Positions 7,087 to 17,480 of a stretch of DNA of 21,800 bases are shown here, one piece after another. Each line of letters opens with the position of its first letter. The first letter of the stretch is position 1. The notes under the pieces are model-generated. The model was not told the origin of the DNA. It searched no databases and saw only the letters and a program-made list of their open reading frames with translations. The DNA is from a virus: positions 1 to 21,800 of the IMG/VR virus record IMGVR_UViG_3300021254_000251. One strand, 5' to 3'. The position numbers were made by a program, and so were the translations under genes.

Positions 7087-7638
7087 TTATTCTACGTTTT
7101 TAACTTTTTCTGCTAGGGCTTTAAGCTCTCTCTCTTTACGCTCTTTCTTTTTACGTGCCTTTTTCTCAGCCTGACGTTTGCGGGCGGCCGCACGTTCTTT
7201 TTCTTCTCTTTCTCTTTTAATTCTTTCTGTCTCTTGCTCTTTAAAGAGTTTTTTTGCTTCCTTTACTTTCTTAACCCAATATTTTTGATATTTCATTTCA
7301 TGGGCTTTGTGTTCAACGCCTTCTTTTGTAAACCTATTACTATTTATAAGTTTAGAATAAGCAAGATAAATAGCAAAATCAAAATCGAAAGCATCTTCTT
7401 TATTACATACTGTTTTAATTTGAGTCCCAAATTTAAAAGTAAAACGTAATACTTTATTAGGGACAAGAATTTCAATTTTTACTATTTCTGAATAAAATAT
7501 ATCATCTGTTATTGGATTGTTTTTTGTTTTTTGAATAGCTTTGGCAATAACACTATTTGCATATATGTCACTCGCATTAATAGTAATTGATTGTGATGTT
7601 GGTACTGATGAAAAATGCATAAGTTCTGAATAATTCAT
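7087..7638 (-). CDS. Hypothetical protein with a globular N-domain and a highly charged Lys/Glu/Arg-rich helical C-terminal tail; first gene of the MVP-like operon
   Basis: 183-aa ORF. The C-terminal ~60 aa reads KEAKKLFKEQETERIKREREEKERAAARKRQAEKKARKKKERKERELKALAEKVKNVE. RBS aaaaaggagaaaa. Directly precedes the MVP-like gene (41-nt spacer). Confidence 0.55.
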   Translation of the reverse strand: MNYSELMHFSSVPTSQSITINASDIYANSVIAKAIQKTKNNPITDDIFYSEIVKIEILVPNKVLRFTFKFGTQIKTVCNKEDAFDFDFAIYLAYSKLINSNRFTKEGVEHKAHEMKYQKYWVKKVKEAKKLFKEQETERIKREREEKERAAARKRQAEKKARKKKERKERELKALAEKVKNVE

Positions 7639-7794
7639 TTTTTATTTTCTCCTTTTTTTATTATGATAATATTATATAATAATTTTTTTAAAAGGTCAAA
7701 TTCAAGAAAAATAGGATTTAGGTTTTTTATTTTTAAAAGAATATATAAATAGGAGAATTAGTATAGATTATACTATAAAAAGGAGGAAAAATAG
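7639..7794. promoter_or_regulatory. Divergent intergenic/promoter region between the minus-strand (standard-code) module and the plus-strand (TAG-recoded) structural module
   Basis: 156-bp extremely AT-rich spacer between two divergent start codons. Contains TATAAT/TATAAA-like hexamers on both strands and the RBS aaaggagg 8 nt before the ATG at 7795. Exact promoters cannot be assigned by eye. Confidence 0.4.
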
Positions 7795-10701
7795 ATGCCA
7801 GGAATAAATAATAATTTATACCCACCTATTTTTAAAACAGCATATGCGCCTGCTTTCGCTGATGAATGTAGAGTTTATTTTGCAATATCTAATTATAATA
7901 ATTTAGATGATATTGATATAAATAAAGTACAAGTAATTGTACAAAATCAAAAAACGAATCAATCTGTATTAAAAAAAGAATCATACCCTAGCGGTATAAA
8001 AATTGCGTCTTTAAAAACAGATCTTGAACGAGCAGGAGATGATAGATATTATATTGAATTAATGGATTCTGATATTGAAGGAAAAACGGGTTTTAGTTAC
8101 AATCAATATTATAAAGTTCAAATTAGATTTACTGCGAAGAATAAACAAGTAAAAAATATTTCAAATTCGCAGAAAATAGATAATTGGTTAAATGAAACTT
8201 TACAATATTTTTCTTAGTGGTCAACGGTAGTATTAATAAAACCTGTTAGTCGTTTAAAAATTTCTTTAAAATATTTTGAACAAGAATCTTAGAGTAATAC
8301 TTTAACAACTAATTCTTTTACTGTTCTTGGATAGGTGAAGCATGAAGTTGATTCTGATAAAGAGGAATTAAAAAATTATAGAATATCCGTATATACCGAA
8401 GACGGAGAGTTATTAGAAGATAGTGGATAGTTACTTTTTAATGAGGATAATTAGATTCAATATCATTGCCGATATAATTTTTAGAATGGAGACTATAAAA
8501 TAAAAGTGTCCGTATTAACTAAAAATTTATATTTTCAATAGCAAGTTTTTGATTTTCAGGTGTCCGCCGTTGCTTATACTAATTTTGAGGCAGTGATTTC
8601 TGCGGATATAGATAATAAAAATGCATGCGCGGTTATTTCTGTTAAAAAGGATTTAATGGTTGGGTTGAATACTAATATAGTAATTTAGAGAACTTCTAGT
8701 AAAGAAGATTTTAAATATTGGTAGGATGTTTATACAACTTCAATTCCTGCAAATAGTATTTTAAATTTTACTTGGAAAGATTATACTATTGAAAGCGGCG
8801 TTTGGTATAAATATAGAGTATCTAAACGAAATCAATAGAATTTTAGATCAACACCTATTGAAATAAAAAATCCTATTATGGCAGATTTTGAAGATATATT
8901 TTTAACTAATATCGAAGGACAATTAAAAATTCGATTCGATCCTCAAATTAATAATTTTTCTAAAGTCGTATCGGAGTCCTTAGTAGAAACAATTGGTTCT
9001 CAATATCCTTTTATTAGAAGGAATGGTAAAGTTGGATATAAAACTTTTTCTATCTCTGGAACTATATCTTATTTAACAGATATAGGTTCTAATTTAATGC
9101 ATGCTTCTAAAACATAGCTGTATGGAGATTCGGCAAATTTATATAAAGAATATAATCAATAGAACAATATTAATTTATATAATGATATTACTCAGGAAAA
9201 AGTTTTTCGAGATAAAGTATTAGATTTTTTATATGAGAATAATGTAAAATTGTATAAATCTTCAACAGAAGGTAATCTTTTAGTTAAATTAATGAATATT
9301 AGTTTAACTCCTAATAATACATTAAGTAGACAAATCTATAGTTTTACATGTACTGCATACGAAATTGATACTTTTAATTATAATAATTGTATAAAATATT
9401 TTATTCAAGACCCTGGCCAATACGTTTAGGAAGATATTTTATTAATACAAAGATATGGACAGCTTTATTATCCTAATTTAAGTGTATATTATCCTCAAGA
9501 GGATGAGTCTAAACATTTTAATAATAATGATTTATATTTTGGAGCAGGATAGATTTTATCAACGTTAATAAAACAAAAGTATCAAACTTTAACTAGTGAA
9601 GATATTGATATTAATATAAATAAACTATCTTATTTAAAAATTACTTTAACAAGTCCTCCTTATTTAATTGGAGTGATAGAAAATTAGCCTTATCGTATTA
9701 CAGATAATACATCCGTGGCTAATGCAGTTTATTCTGGCCATATAGTTAAAATTAATGGTGTTCCAATTATAATTAATAAAGACGGCATATATTAGCTTTC
9801 TAATGATGATACGGCAGTCACTTCATTGCAGTTTATTTCTCCTTATGAACAAGGCGTTATAGATTTTGAAGTTTATATAGAAGAAAGCGAAAAACAAAAA
9901 GTGGATTTTAAAGGATATAATAGTTTTAATAAAATAGGTCAGCTATGGGGAACTTTTAGCTTCTTTGATAGTTTAAAAGAAAATCTTTGTAATAATATAA
10001 CAAATAGGTATCTTTTTACAAACGATTCTTATGAACAAGAGGTTCAACAAATTAATGGTATAAGATTTCAGGCGGAGCCTGGAACGGTTATTTTTGTACG
10101 AGAAAATCAAGATGGCCAATACGAAAAACATATTTTAAATGAAACTGGATTATTATAGTTTTATGATTAGGATACTAATATTCAAGGTTTTTATTTTATG
10201 GGACCGAAACTTGAAGAAGTGTCAGCGGAAGAGAAAGATAAATATGGTTTAAAACCTTATCAATTTTTTAATACAAATGAACCTATTACTTTGGATGTTA
10301 TAAAGCATCCGCAAAATAATTATGTTTATTATTTTTCTTCATACAATAGTATTACTGATACTTTAACGGTTCCCGCGGGTTAGCTTCATGATTATGGAGA
10401 TAATGAAATAGATGGTAATGCTTTAGTTATTTCTGATAATACTTTAAATGGTAATTTAATAGGCCCTAATATTTTACAATTATATTCTAATTTAAATGAT
10501 ACTACATATACATGGGACGCTACAAGTCAAGAAGCTAGAGAATTAAATAATGAGACTTTAGGATTATTATTTGCTACTGCTAATAGTTGGATTTATTATC
10601 AAGGTGTGTGGTATCCTTTTTCTCTTGAGCATCAAGTACCTTTAACTCAAACTGAAGCTATAATAGATTATTATTGTACAGTTTTGAAAAGGAGGTATTA
10701 A
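7795..10701 (+). CDS. Large virion structural protein (tail/baseplate module), about 968 codons including about 22 in-frame TAG codons read as sense
   Basis: RBS aaaggagg then ATG 7795. The ORF-track fragments 7795..8217, 8878..9117, 9826..10158 and 10198..10383 share frame 1. Hand reading shows the intervening stretches are open in that frame apart from TAG. The first TAA in frame is at 10699..10701, immediately before the RBS/ATG of the next gene. Function inferred only from operon context. Confidence 0.65.
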
Positions 10702-10706
10702 TTTTT

Positions 10707-12842
10707 ATGAATAAAAGTACAAAATATCAAAAGTATTTGAATGATGCCGCTTTTTTAAAATAGCTTACTGAATTACATATAAAAGATTATTTTGTAAAAA
10801 TAGCTGTTTTAGATTGGAAAGAGAATTTTATTGAAAATATTGAAGGTAAAGTAATAAGCGCAAGTATTAATATAGATGGGAATAGTATTATTCGTCGTAC
10901 CGCAACTTTAAGTGTATTAATAGATGAAACTAATAATGATATTACTAACGTTAAAAATATTTTATCTATTAATAAAAAAATTAATTTACAAATAGGTTTT
11001 ATTAATAGCACGGATAAATATTTAGATGAGCCTATTATTTGGTTTCCTCTTGGAGTTTATGTAATAACTGATAATTCAATTTCTTATTCAAGCACTGGAT
11101 TGGTAGCATCGTTACAATTAAAAGATAAAATGTGTTTATTAAACGGTAATTGCGGTGGGACCTTTCCCGCATCAGTTATTTTTGATACTTATACGACTGT
11201 TGATGAAAACGGACATGAAGTAATTGAGCGACCTACTATTTATCAAATTATTCAAGAGTTAGTAAATCATTTTGGCGGGGAGCAGCTTGGAAAAATTATT
11301 ATTTCTGATTTAGATAACCGTGTTAAACAAGTTATGAAATGGACCGGGAATTCGCCTTTATATGTTGCTAAATTTTCTTAGGATCAATATTTTTATACAA
11401 CGGATTCTAGTAATCCTAATATAGTAAAAAATAATCAGAAATTTCCAAAACAGGCTTTTGAATATGGAGAAGATGTAGGATATATTTATACAGATTTTAC
11501 ATATCCTGGAGAATTAATTGGAGACGCGGGTAGCACTATTACTGATATACTAGAACAGATAAAAAATGTATTAGGTAATTTTGAATATTTTTATGATTTA
11601 AATGGCAATTTTGTTTTTAGATAGAAAAAAAATTATTTAAACAATGCTCAATCTAAATATATTTTAGATAATGTTAAGGCAGAAGAGAATGATAGAACTA
11701 TCTTACCTGATTATATTAATTCTTTAGGGTAGAACAATGCATTAAGTGCTTATTTAATTGAAATAAATAATGGAACTTCCGCCTATGAATTTAATAATAG
11801 TAATTTAATTTCTAGTTATAGTAATACTCCAAAATATAGTGAGATAAAAAATGATTTTGTAGTATGGGGTATTAGAAAAAGTACATAGGGGATAGAGATT
11901 CCGCTCCGTTATCACTTAGCTATTGATAAAAAACCTCAAATAAATAATTCTTATTATGTTTTTGAATATTAGGATGAAACTGATGGATTAAAAAAATGGT
12001 ATCGTCCAATATTTTTAGAAACAAATAAAGATCGACCTACAAAAGGAAGCGCGGGAGTCTTTTATTGTGTGGGCGCATCTGAAGAAAAGATAAAAGAAAA
12101 ATAGTCTAAAATAGCAAGTTTTCCTATTTATAAATGGGGAGATAACGGTTATGAAAAAATAGATTCTCACTTAGAGAAAATCACTACAAAAGATTGGCGG
12201 ACATAGTTATTGATGCAAGGTTTAGAAGGCAATGTATTAGGAACTGAAAGTAATTATTATTTTGCGGAATTGTTTAACGAATGGCCTCAAATATATGATG
12301 TAAGAGCAGGTAAATTTTTTAAAGAGACACTTAATAATCCTACATAGATAAATTATTTTTTAGATTTTATTGATGCTCCCGCATCTCCTATTGCAGAACT
12401 TGATGTAAATAATATAGGTCGCCGCACGAAAGTTTTTAATGAAGAATCTAATGTTAATTGCGTTTTTTAGGCATGGATTCCAGATTTAATATTAATAAAT
12501 ACTGATGATGAAGATAAAGGAATTTTAACAGAATAGTGTGTTGCAAGAGGTCAGCCATATTATCAAGTTGGCCCTGAAATCTATGATTCTCTTGAGACAG
12601 GCGGTTTTCGTTATTCCGCATACGAAGAAATTAGACAAGTAATTCATTAGTATACTAAATATAATGAATCTATTTCTTTACAAACGATACCTATTTATTA
12701 TCTTGAACCTAATACTAGAATTACCGTTAATAATACAGAAAGTAATATTTATGGAGATTATATGATTGAAAGTTTATCTTTTACTCTTGATAATTCTAGT
12801 ATGCTAACCATTAATGCAACAAGAGTTCCAGATAAGATTTAA
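10707..12842 (+). CDS. Virion structural protein (tail/baseplate-associated), about 711 codons with about 13 in-frame TAG
   Basis: RBS aaaaggagg at 10687..10695 and ATG 10707. Single frame (includes ORF-track fragment 11100..11381). Only TAG interrupts until TAA at 12840..12842. C-terminal ...IYGDYMIESLSFTLDNSSMLTINATRVPDKI. The next gene's RBS follows directly. Confidence 0.65.
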
Positions 12843-12856
12843 AGGAGATAAAAGGA

Positions 12857-13567
12857 ATGAGTTATCAAATAGGACAATTTAGAAAAGAAATGAAATCTAA
12901 TTATTTAAATTAGTTTTCATCTTTCCATAGCCAAAAAGTAAAAACAAGTACATAGATTTCAACAGATATTTATTTTTAGGATATAGGGTTTTTATTTGAT
13001 GGCGGGCAAAGTTTTGAACATGGAAAAAATTATTATGTAAAATTAAAAATAAAAAGAAGTTTAACAAATGATTTTAATTTTACATTAGTATTACAAGAAA
13101 GGGATGAAAGTCAAGTCTACAATGAACAATTTTTAAAGACTTTTTATCTTCCAAAACTTCAAAATAATGAAGATACTAACGATAGTTTAGTTGTAGAGGT
13201 TGTTTTCAATCCATTAGTAAATTTTAATTATTTAACATTAAAGTTAAATAGAACTGCGGAAGATTTTAATATTAAAAACGATGATAAAAGCGCAGGAAGA
13301 CTTTTTGAAGTGGTTGAAGAAGAATGTAATTGTTATTAGATTGAAAATGTAATTTCGTCTATCGCAGGAGTAAATGAATTTATAAAAATTGGTGTACAAG
13401 GTCCTTCAGGATTTTTAATGTGTATTAATGGAGAAGAAATAAGAATTGGACCGAGTGGAATTTATTAGATAAAAAATGGATATAAAATAAATTTTATAGG
13501 ATTCATTATAACGGCAGCAGATAATAACTCTTCTAATAATTATTTTATATTAGATTATCAATATTAA
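12857..13567 (+). CDS. Structural protein, 236 codons with 5 in-frame TAG; contains IGVQGPSGFLMCINGEEIRIGPSGIY segment
   Basis: RBS aaaggagataaaagga and ATG 12857. Frame is open except for TAG until TAA 13565..13567. The next gene's RBS overlaps the stop. Confidence 0.6.
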
Positions 13568-13584
13568 AAGGAGAATGTAACAAT

Positions 13585-16224
13585 ATGAATTACGGAAGTT
13601 TTTATGGAGGCCGCAGAGGAACCTCTTTTATTATTGCAAAAAGCTATCCCGATATTATATCTATGACGAATGATTTTGCGGAAGGGAATGATTTTTTAGA
13701 CGTTGCATATGATGAATATGTACTTATTAATACAGTAAATAAAAATCATCCTGATAACGGAAAACTGTTCAGAAGAGGGTATGATTATAATAGCAATAGA
13801 ACGATTTCTGGGACAAGAGCATATGATAGTAATGGAGACGAGATAATTAATGGAACTTAGCAGCAATATCTTGAAGCTACATATGTATTAAAAAATGATA
13901 TTCCCGCGCATGGCGCAGTCTATATAGGAACAATTGTAGGTCCTTCAGGGCGAGGCTCGCTTTTATCTTTTGTGTCATATGATAAGGTTGAAGAATATAA
14001 AAATAATACACCTGATACAAGAAAGATGGGCGGATCTGGAACTGCGGAATTGATGCCTGGTAAAGATAGTCAAGGTAATTATAATGATGATATTTTATGG
14101 AACAGCGTTTCTATTATATCGAATAATCATGAATCAAGTACTGCTTATATTGGTTTTAAAATTCCGTATCCTGTAATAGACTTTGAAATAAAAGAAATTA
14201 CTCCATATCAATAGTCAGAAATCGTAAGAATTGACGATCAAATGCACCCATTTTATGAAAAATGGTCAATAGCAATTCCGCCAGGAAAATTTGGTAATGC
14301 TGTAATAAGTATGAAAAAAATAAATACAGCTAATTATTTTTCTGATGATTCTACTATTACTGATTTTTTACCACCTATTTATTCTACACCTCAAAGTAAT
14401 GAGGCAATGAGCATAGAAGATTTTAAGGCGGCGGGTATATAGGAAGGCGACGATATAATTGTTTATTAGTATAAAGATTATGCTAATAATGCAGATTTAA
14501 GTAAAACAAAATTATGTTATTTAGCACCTCACAAACAAATTGAAAATATTAATATTAATTCTGAAAATGGAACATTAACAATCTCTTATACAGATAATAA
14601 AGTAGATACGTTTGAAAATGCGATTTCCGCAGTTAAGTAGCTATCTTTTACTAATGGAGTATTACGTATAAAATATAATACAGGCCAAGAGGTTAATATT
14701 GATATTATTTATATAGATAAAGTTTTATTAAATGATAACGGTATCTTAGCATATAAGAAGAATATAGAAGATCCTAATTTTGATTTAGAAGCGGTTACCG
14801 CCGATGATACAGATCATGTGTTAGGAATAATAAAATGGATAGATAATATTCAATATGATAATACATCAAAGAATTTAAGAATTAATTATAATACTGAAAA
14901 TACTTAGGATATTTCTATTCCTTATATTAGTGATATTACTTTTTTAGAAGATGGAACCGTGCAAATCAGAAAAGGCGGAGATGATTGGGAAAACGTTACC
15001 TATACAGAGAATGGATAGACAAAAGATAGGGTTCTTAAATGGATAGATAATATTACTTATAATCGTGATAATGATTCTGTACAAATTTTTTATAATACAG
15101 ATAAAGAACGCCCAGGCACTATATTTTCTAATGTTTTTAATCGTATTTTAAGAATAGAATTTCAGGAAGATGTTTCTTTTGATGATGGTTCTACTGGACC
15201 AGGTTTTATTATTTCTTATGCAGATGAATCAACAGATAAAATTCATTTTTCAACAGGCCACTTAATAAAGAGTATGTCTATTGTTTCTGGCGGGCCGGAA
15301 GAAAGCGAAGGCGGGGAAACAACTTATTCTAATTCTAAACTTGCAATTCAATATACTGATAATTCTGTAGAAGAATTAGATTTAAACGGAAAATTAATTA
15401 GTAATATGTCTTTTGTAAGTGATGAAGGTACAGATATTCCGACTTCTAATTTAATAGTTACCTATGATAATCAACAAACTCAATCTTTGAATTTTGTTTA
15501 TCCAAGAAGTGCTGTAGTAGAAGATTCTACAATAGAAGATTCTCATAAAATAAAATTTTATGATTCTCTAGGCCAACAAATGTCAGAGTCAAATCCTATT
15601 ACGGGTATTGAGAGTGTTATTATAGATGAAAATAATAGGTTATTAGTTCTTTATAATAATCCAACCGCGCGCGATAGTATTCCCGATACTAGAGCTGTTG
15701 TTAGAACAGGATTAAATGGTACAGCTTTAACATGGGATGATTTAGGGCTTGTCCGCACTAATTCAGGTCTTTTGATTGGTAAAAATTTAAAAATGGAATA
15801 GATACAGCCTGTAGGTAGTGAATAGCCATTAACAATTGACCAAATTATTGCTTATTTAAATGAAAATTATACAGATGGATAGGTTAATGGGTCATTATAT
15901 CGTATTATAACTATTGGATAGGATTTAGAAAATAAACAATTTTATGGTTTTGACACTGAAAAAGCTACTTGGTATTTATTAGGATCTATTCCTGAAGCCA
16001 TTCCAGGAAGTAAAGATTGTGTTTGCGGAACTCTTGAAGATTTTAATTCTGCTTTTGATGTTAAAAAATATGAATTAATCACTGGTGGACTTTTCTTTAT
16101 TGTAAAAGATGATGAAGAAGTAGAGGAAGAATCAGAACCTATTTATGATGGAGATATTCCTGATGAAGAAGATATTCCTGAATAGGAGGAACCACTTTCA
16201 GACGAGATTGAGGAGGGTATCTAA
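13585..16224 (+). CDS. Large structural protein, probably fibre/receptor-binding, with internal repeated beta-rich modules; 879 codons with about 13 in-frame TAG
   Basis: RBS aaaggagaatg...ATG 13585. ORF-track fragments 13585..13860, 13972..14214, 14242..14442 and 15274..15801 are all frame 1 and are joined by TAG only. TAA at 16222..16224. Internal repeats such as KWIDNIQYDNTSKNLRINYNTENT / KWIDNITYNRDNDSVQIFYNTDKE. Acidic C-terminus DGDIPDEEDIPEQEEPLSDEIEEGI. Confidence 0.65.
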
Positions 16225-16226
16225 TT

Positions 16227-16535
16227 ATGAATGGTTATCAGGGACAAATTCGTGCTAGAGATGCTTCAAATAAAAAGTTTTTAGCAGGACAAGATATTAT
16301 ATCTTTAATTCAAGAGCAAACTACTCCAACTATAAAATATTTAAAAAGAATTGGTATTTTTGCTCCATAGGGAACGAAGGTATCAATTAATAATACAAAT
16401 GATAGTACAGTGGAAAAGATTATATAGATTGGAAAAACTAAAATCTATTAGGTAGAAGATGTAGAAATAAGAGAGTTCCACTTTCTTTAGGACTCTACTT
16501 CTGAAGTTATTATAGATTATATTATAGAATATTAA
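16227..16535 (+). CDS. Small hypothetical protein (102 aa if the 4 in-frame TAG are sense)
   Basis: RBS gaggaggg 10 nt upstream of ATG 16227. 103 codons free of TAA/TGA in very AT-rich DNA, ending TAA 16533..16535, followed by a terminator hairpin. Weaker than its neighbours. Confidence 0.45.
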
Positions 16536-16583
16536 GGTCAAAAAGTATTAAATCTTATTTTTGATTTTTGATTTATGAAAAGG

Positions 16584-16626
16584 AAAGGATATTAATTTTA
16601 AAAAGATTAATATCCTTTTCTTTTAT
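16584..16626 (+). terminator. Rho-independent terminator after the first structural sub-operon
   Basis: 13-bp perfect inverted repeat aaaggatattaat (16584..16596) / attaatatccttt (16606..16618) followed by ttcttttat. Confidence 0.6.
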
Positions 16627-16644
16627 ATATAAGGAGAAATATAT

Positions 16645-17466
16645 ATGGATAAATTAAAATATATTCGAGTACAGAATAAAGATGGTACTTTTGGTAATAA
16701 AATTCCTGTTGCAGTAGATAGTAATAATATTATTATGTCTGATGGAGATACTCTTCAAAATTTTGCAAATGATATTGAAAATGATCTTGGGCAAATAACT
16801 GAGGAAATAAAAGGTTCTCATACTGGACAAAACGGAAAAGTTTATCAAAATTTAAAAGAACATCTTAATGATATATCAGCACAGATAGAAAATGAAAAGA
16901 TTTTAACTTTAGTTATCTCTAATGAAGTCCATATTATTCCTACTGATGAAAATGGCGCAGGAGGAGATTTTTCTCATTGTTTTTCTAATATAATTGTGTA
17001 TTATGGAGAACAAGATATAACGGATAGTGAAGATATTGTTTGGGATGTTAATATTCCTGATAATATATTAGCTTTATGGGATGAAGAATCTTATAAAATT
17101 ACAATAAAAAATATGGTAAACGATAGTGCTGTTATTTCTATTCATATTACATATAAAAATAAAGAAAGTTAGAAAAAAATAATTGTTAAAAAAGTAAAAG
17201 GAGGAAAAACTCCTATTGTAGTAGAAATAGAATCAAGCGCCGGAAATATTTTTAAAAATGGAGGAATTAATACAACTTTAAAAGCTATAGTTAAAAGAGG
17301 CGGAGAAGATATTAGTAGTTCCGTTACTAATTTTCATTGGATTAAATATAATCAAAATGGAGAGAGGGATTTAAATTGGAGTAAAACTAATTCTCAAACT
17401 ATTTAGTTAACGTCTCTTGACTTCACAAATAAAGCAATTTTTATTTGTGAAGTAACAATAAATTAA
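16645..17466 (+). CDS. Fibre-associated structural protein, 273 codons with 2 in-frame TAG
   Basis: RBS aaggag and ATG 16645. After the TAG at 17170 the frame continues (KKIIVKKVKGGKTPIVVEIESSAGNIFKNGG...) to TAA 17464..17466 with no new start codon nearby. N-terminal MDKLKYIRVQNKDGTFGNKIPVAVDSNNIIMSDGDTLQNF resembles tail-fibre N-termini. Confidence 0.6.
17421..17452 (+). promoter_or_regulatory. Perfect 13-bp stem-loop inside the 3' end of gene 16645..17466
   Basis: cttcacaaataaa (17421..17433), loop gcaatt, tttatttgtgaag (17440..17452). No U-run follows. The next gene's RBS aaggaagg is 15 nt downstream. Confidence 0.35.
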
Positions 17467-17480
17467 GGAAGGAAATAAAT

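Noticed and set aside
6048-7103. 351-aa plus-strand ORF
   Set aside because: It lies entirely antisense to the well-supported MVP-like gene. The translation is low-complexity (Phe/Ile/Cys/Asn-rich) with no motifs and no RBS. It is probably an artefact of the relatively GC-balanced, stop-poor antisense frame.
457-7191. Two NotI-like GCGGCCGC octamers (457..464 and 7184..7191) in an AT-rich genome
   Set aside because: Both fall inside coding sequence (Arg-Pro-Arg and Ala-Ala-Ala codons) and are most simply explained by codon content. They are not evidence of a repeat, an integration site or a cloning artefact.
8218-8877. Apparent non-coding gaps between ORF-track fragments (e.g. 8218..8877, 9118..9825, 11382..13584 partial, 14443..15273)
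   Set aside because: These are not intergenic. Hand reading shows each stretch stays open in the frame of the flanking fragments apart from TAG codons, so they are coding sequence of recoded genes.
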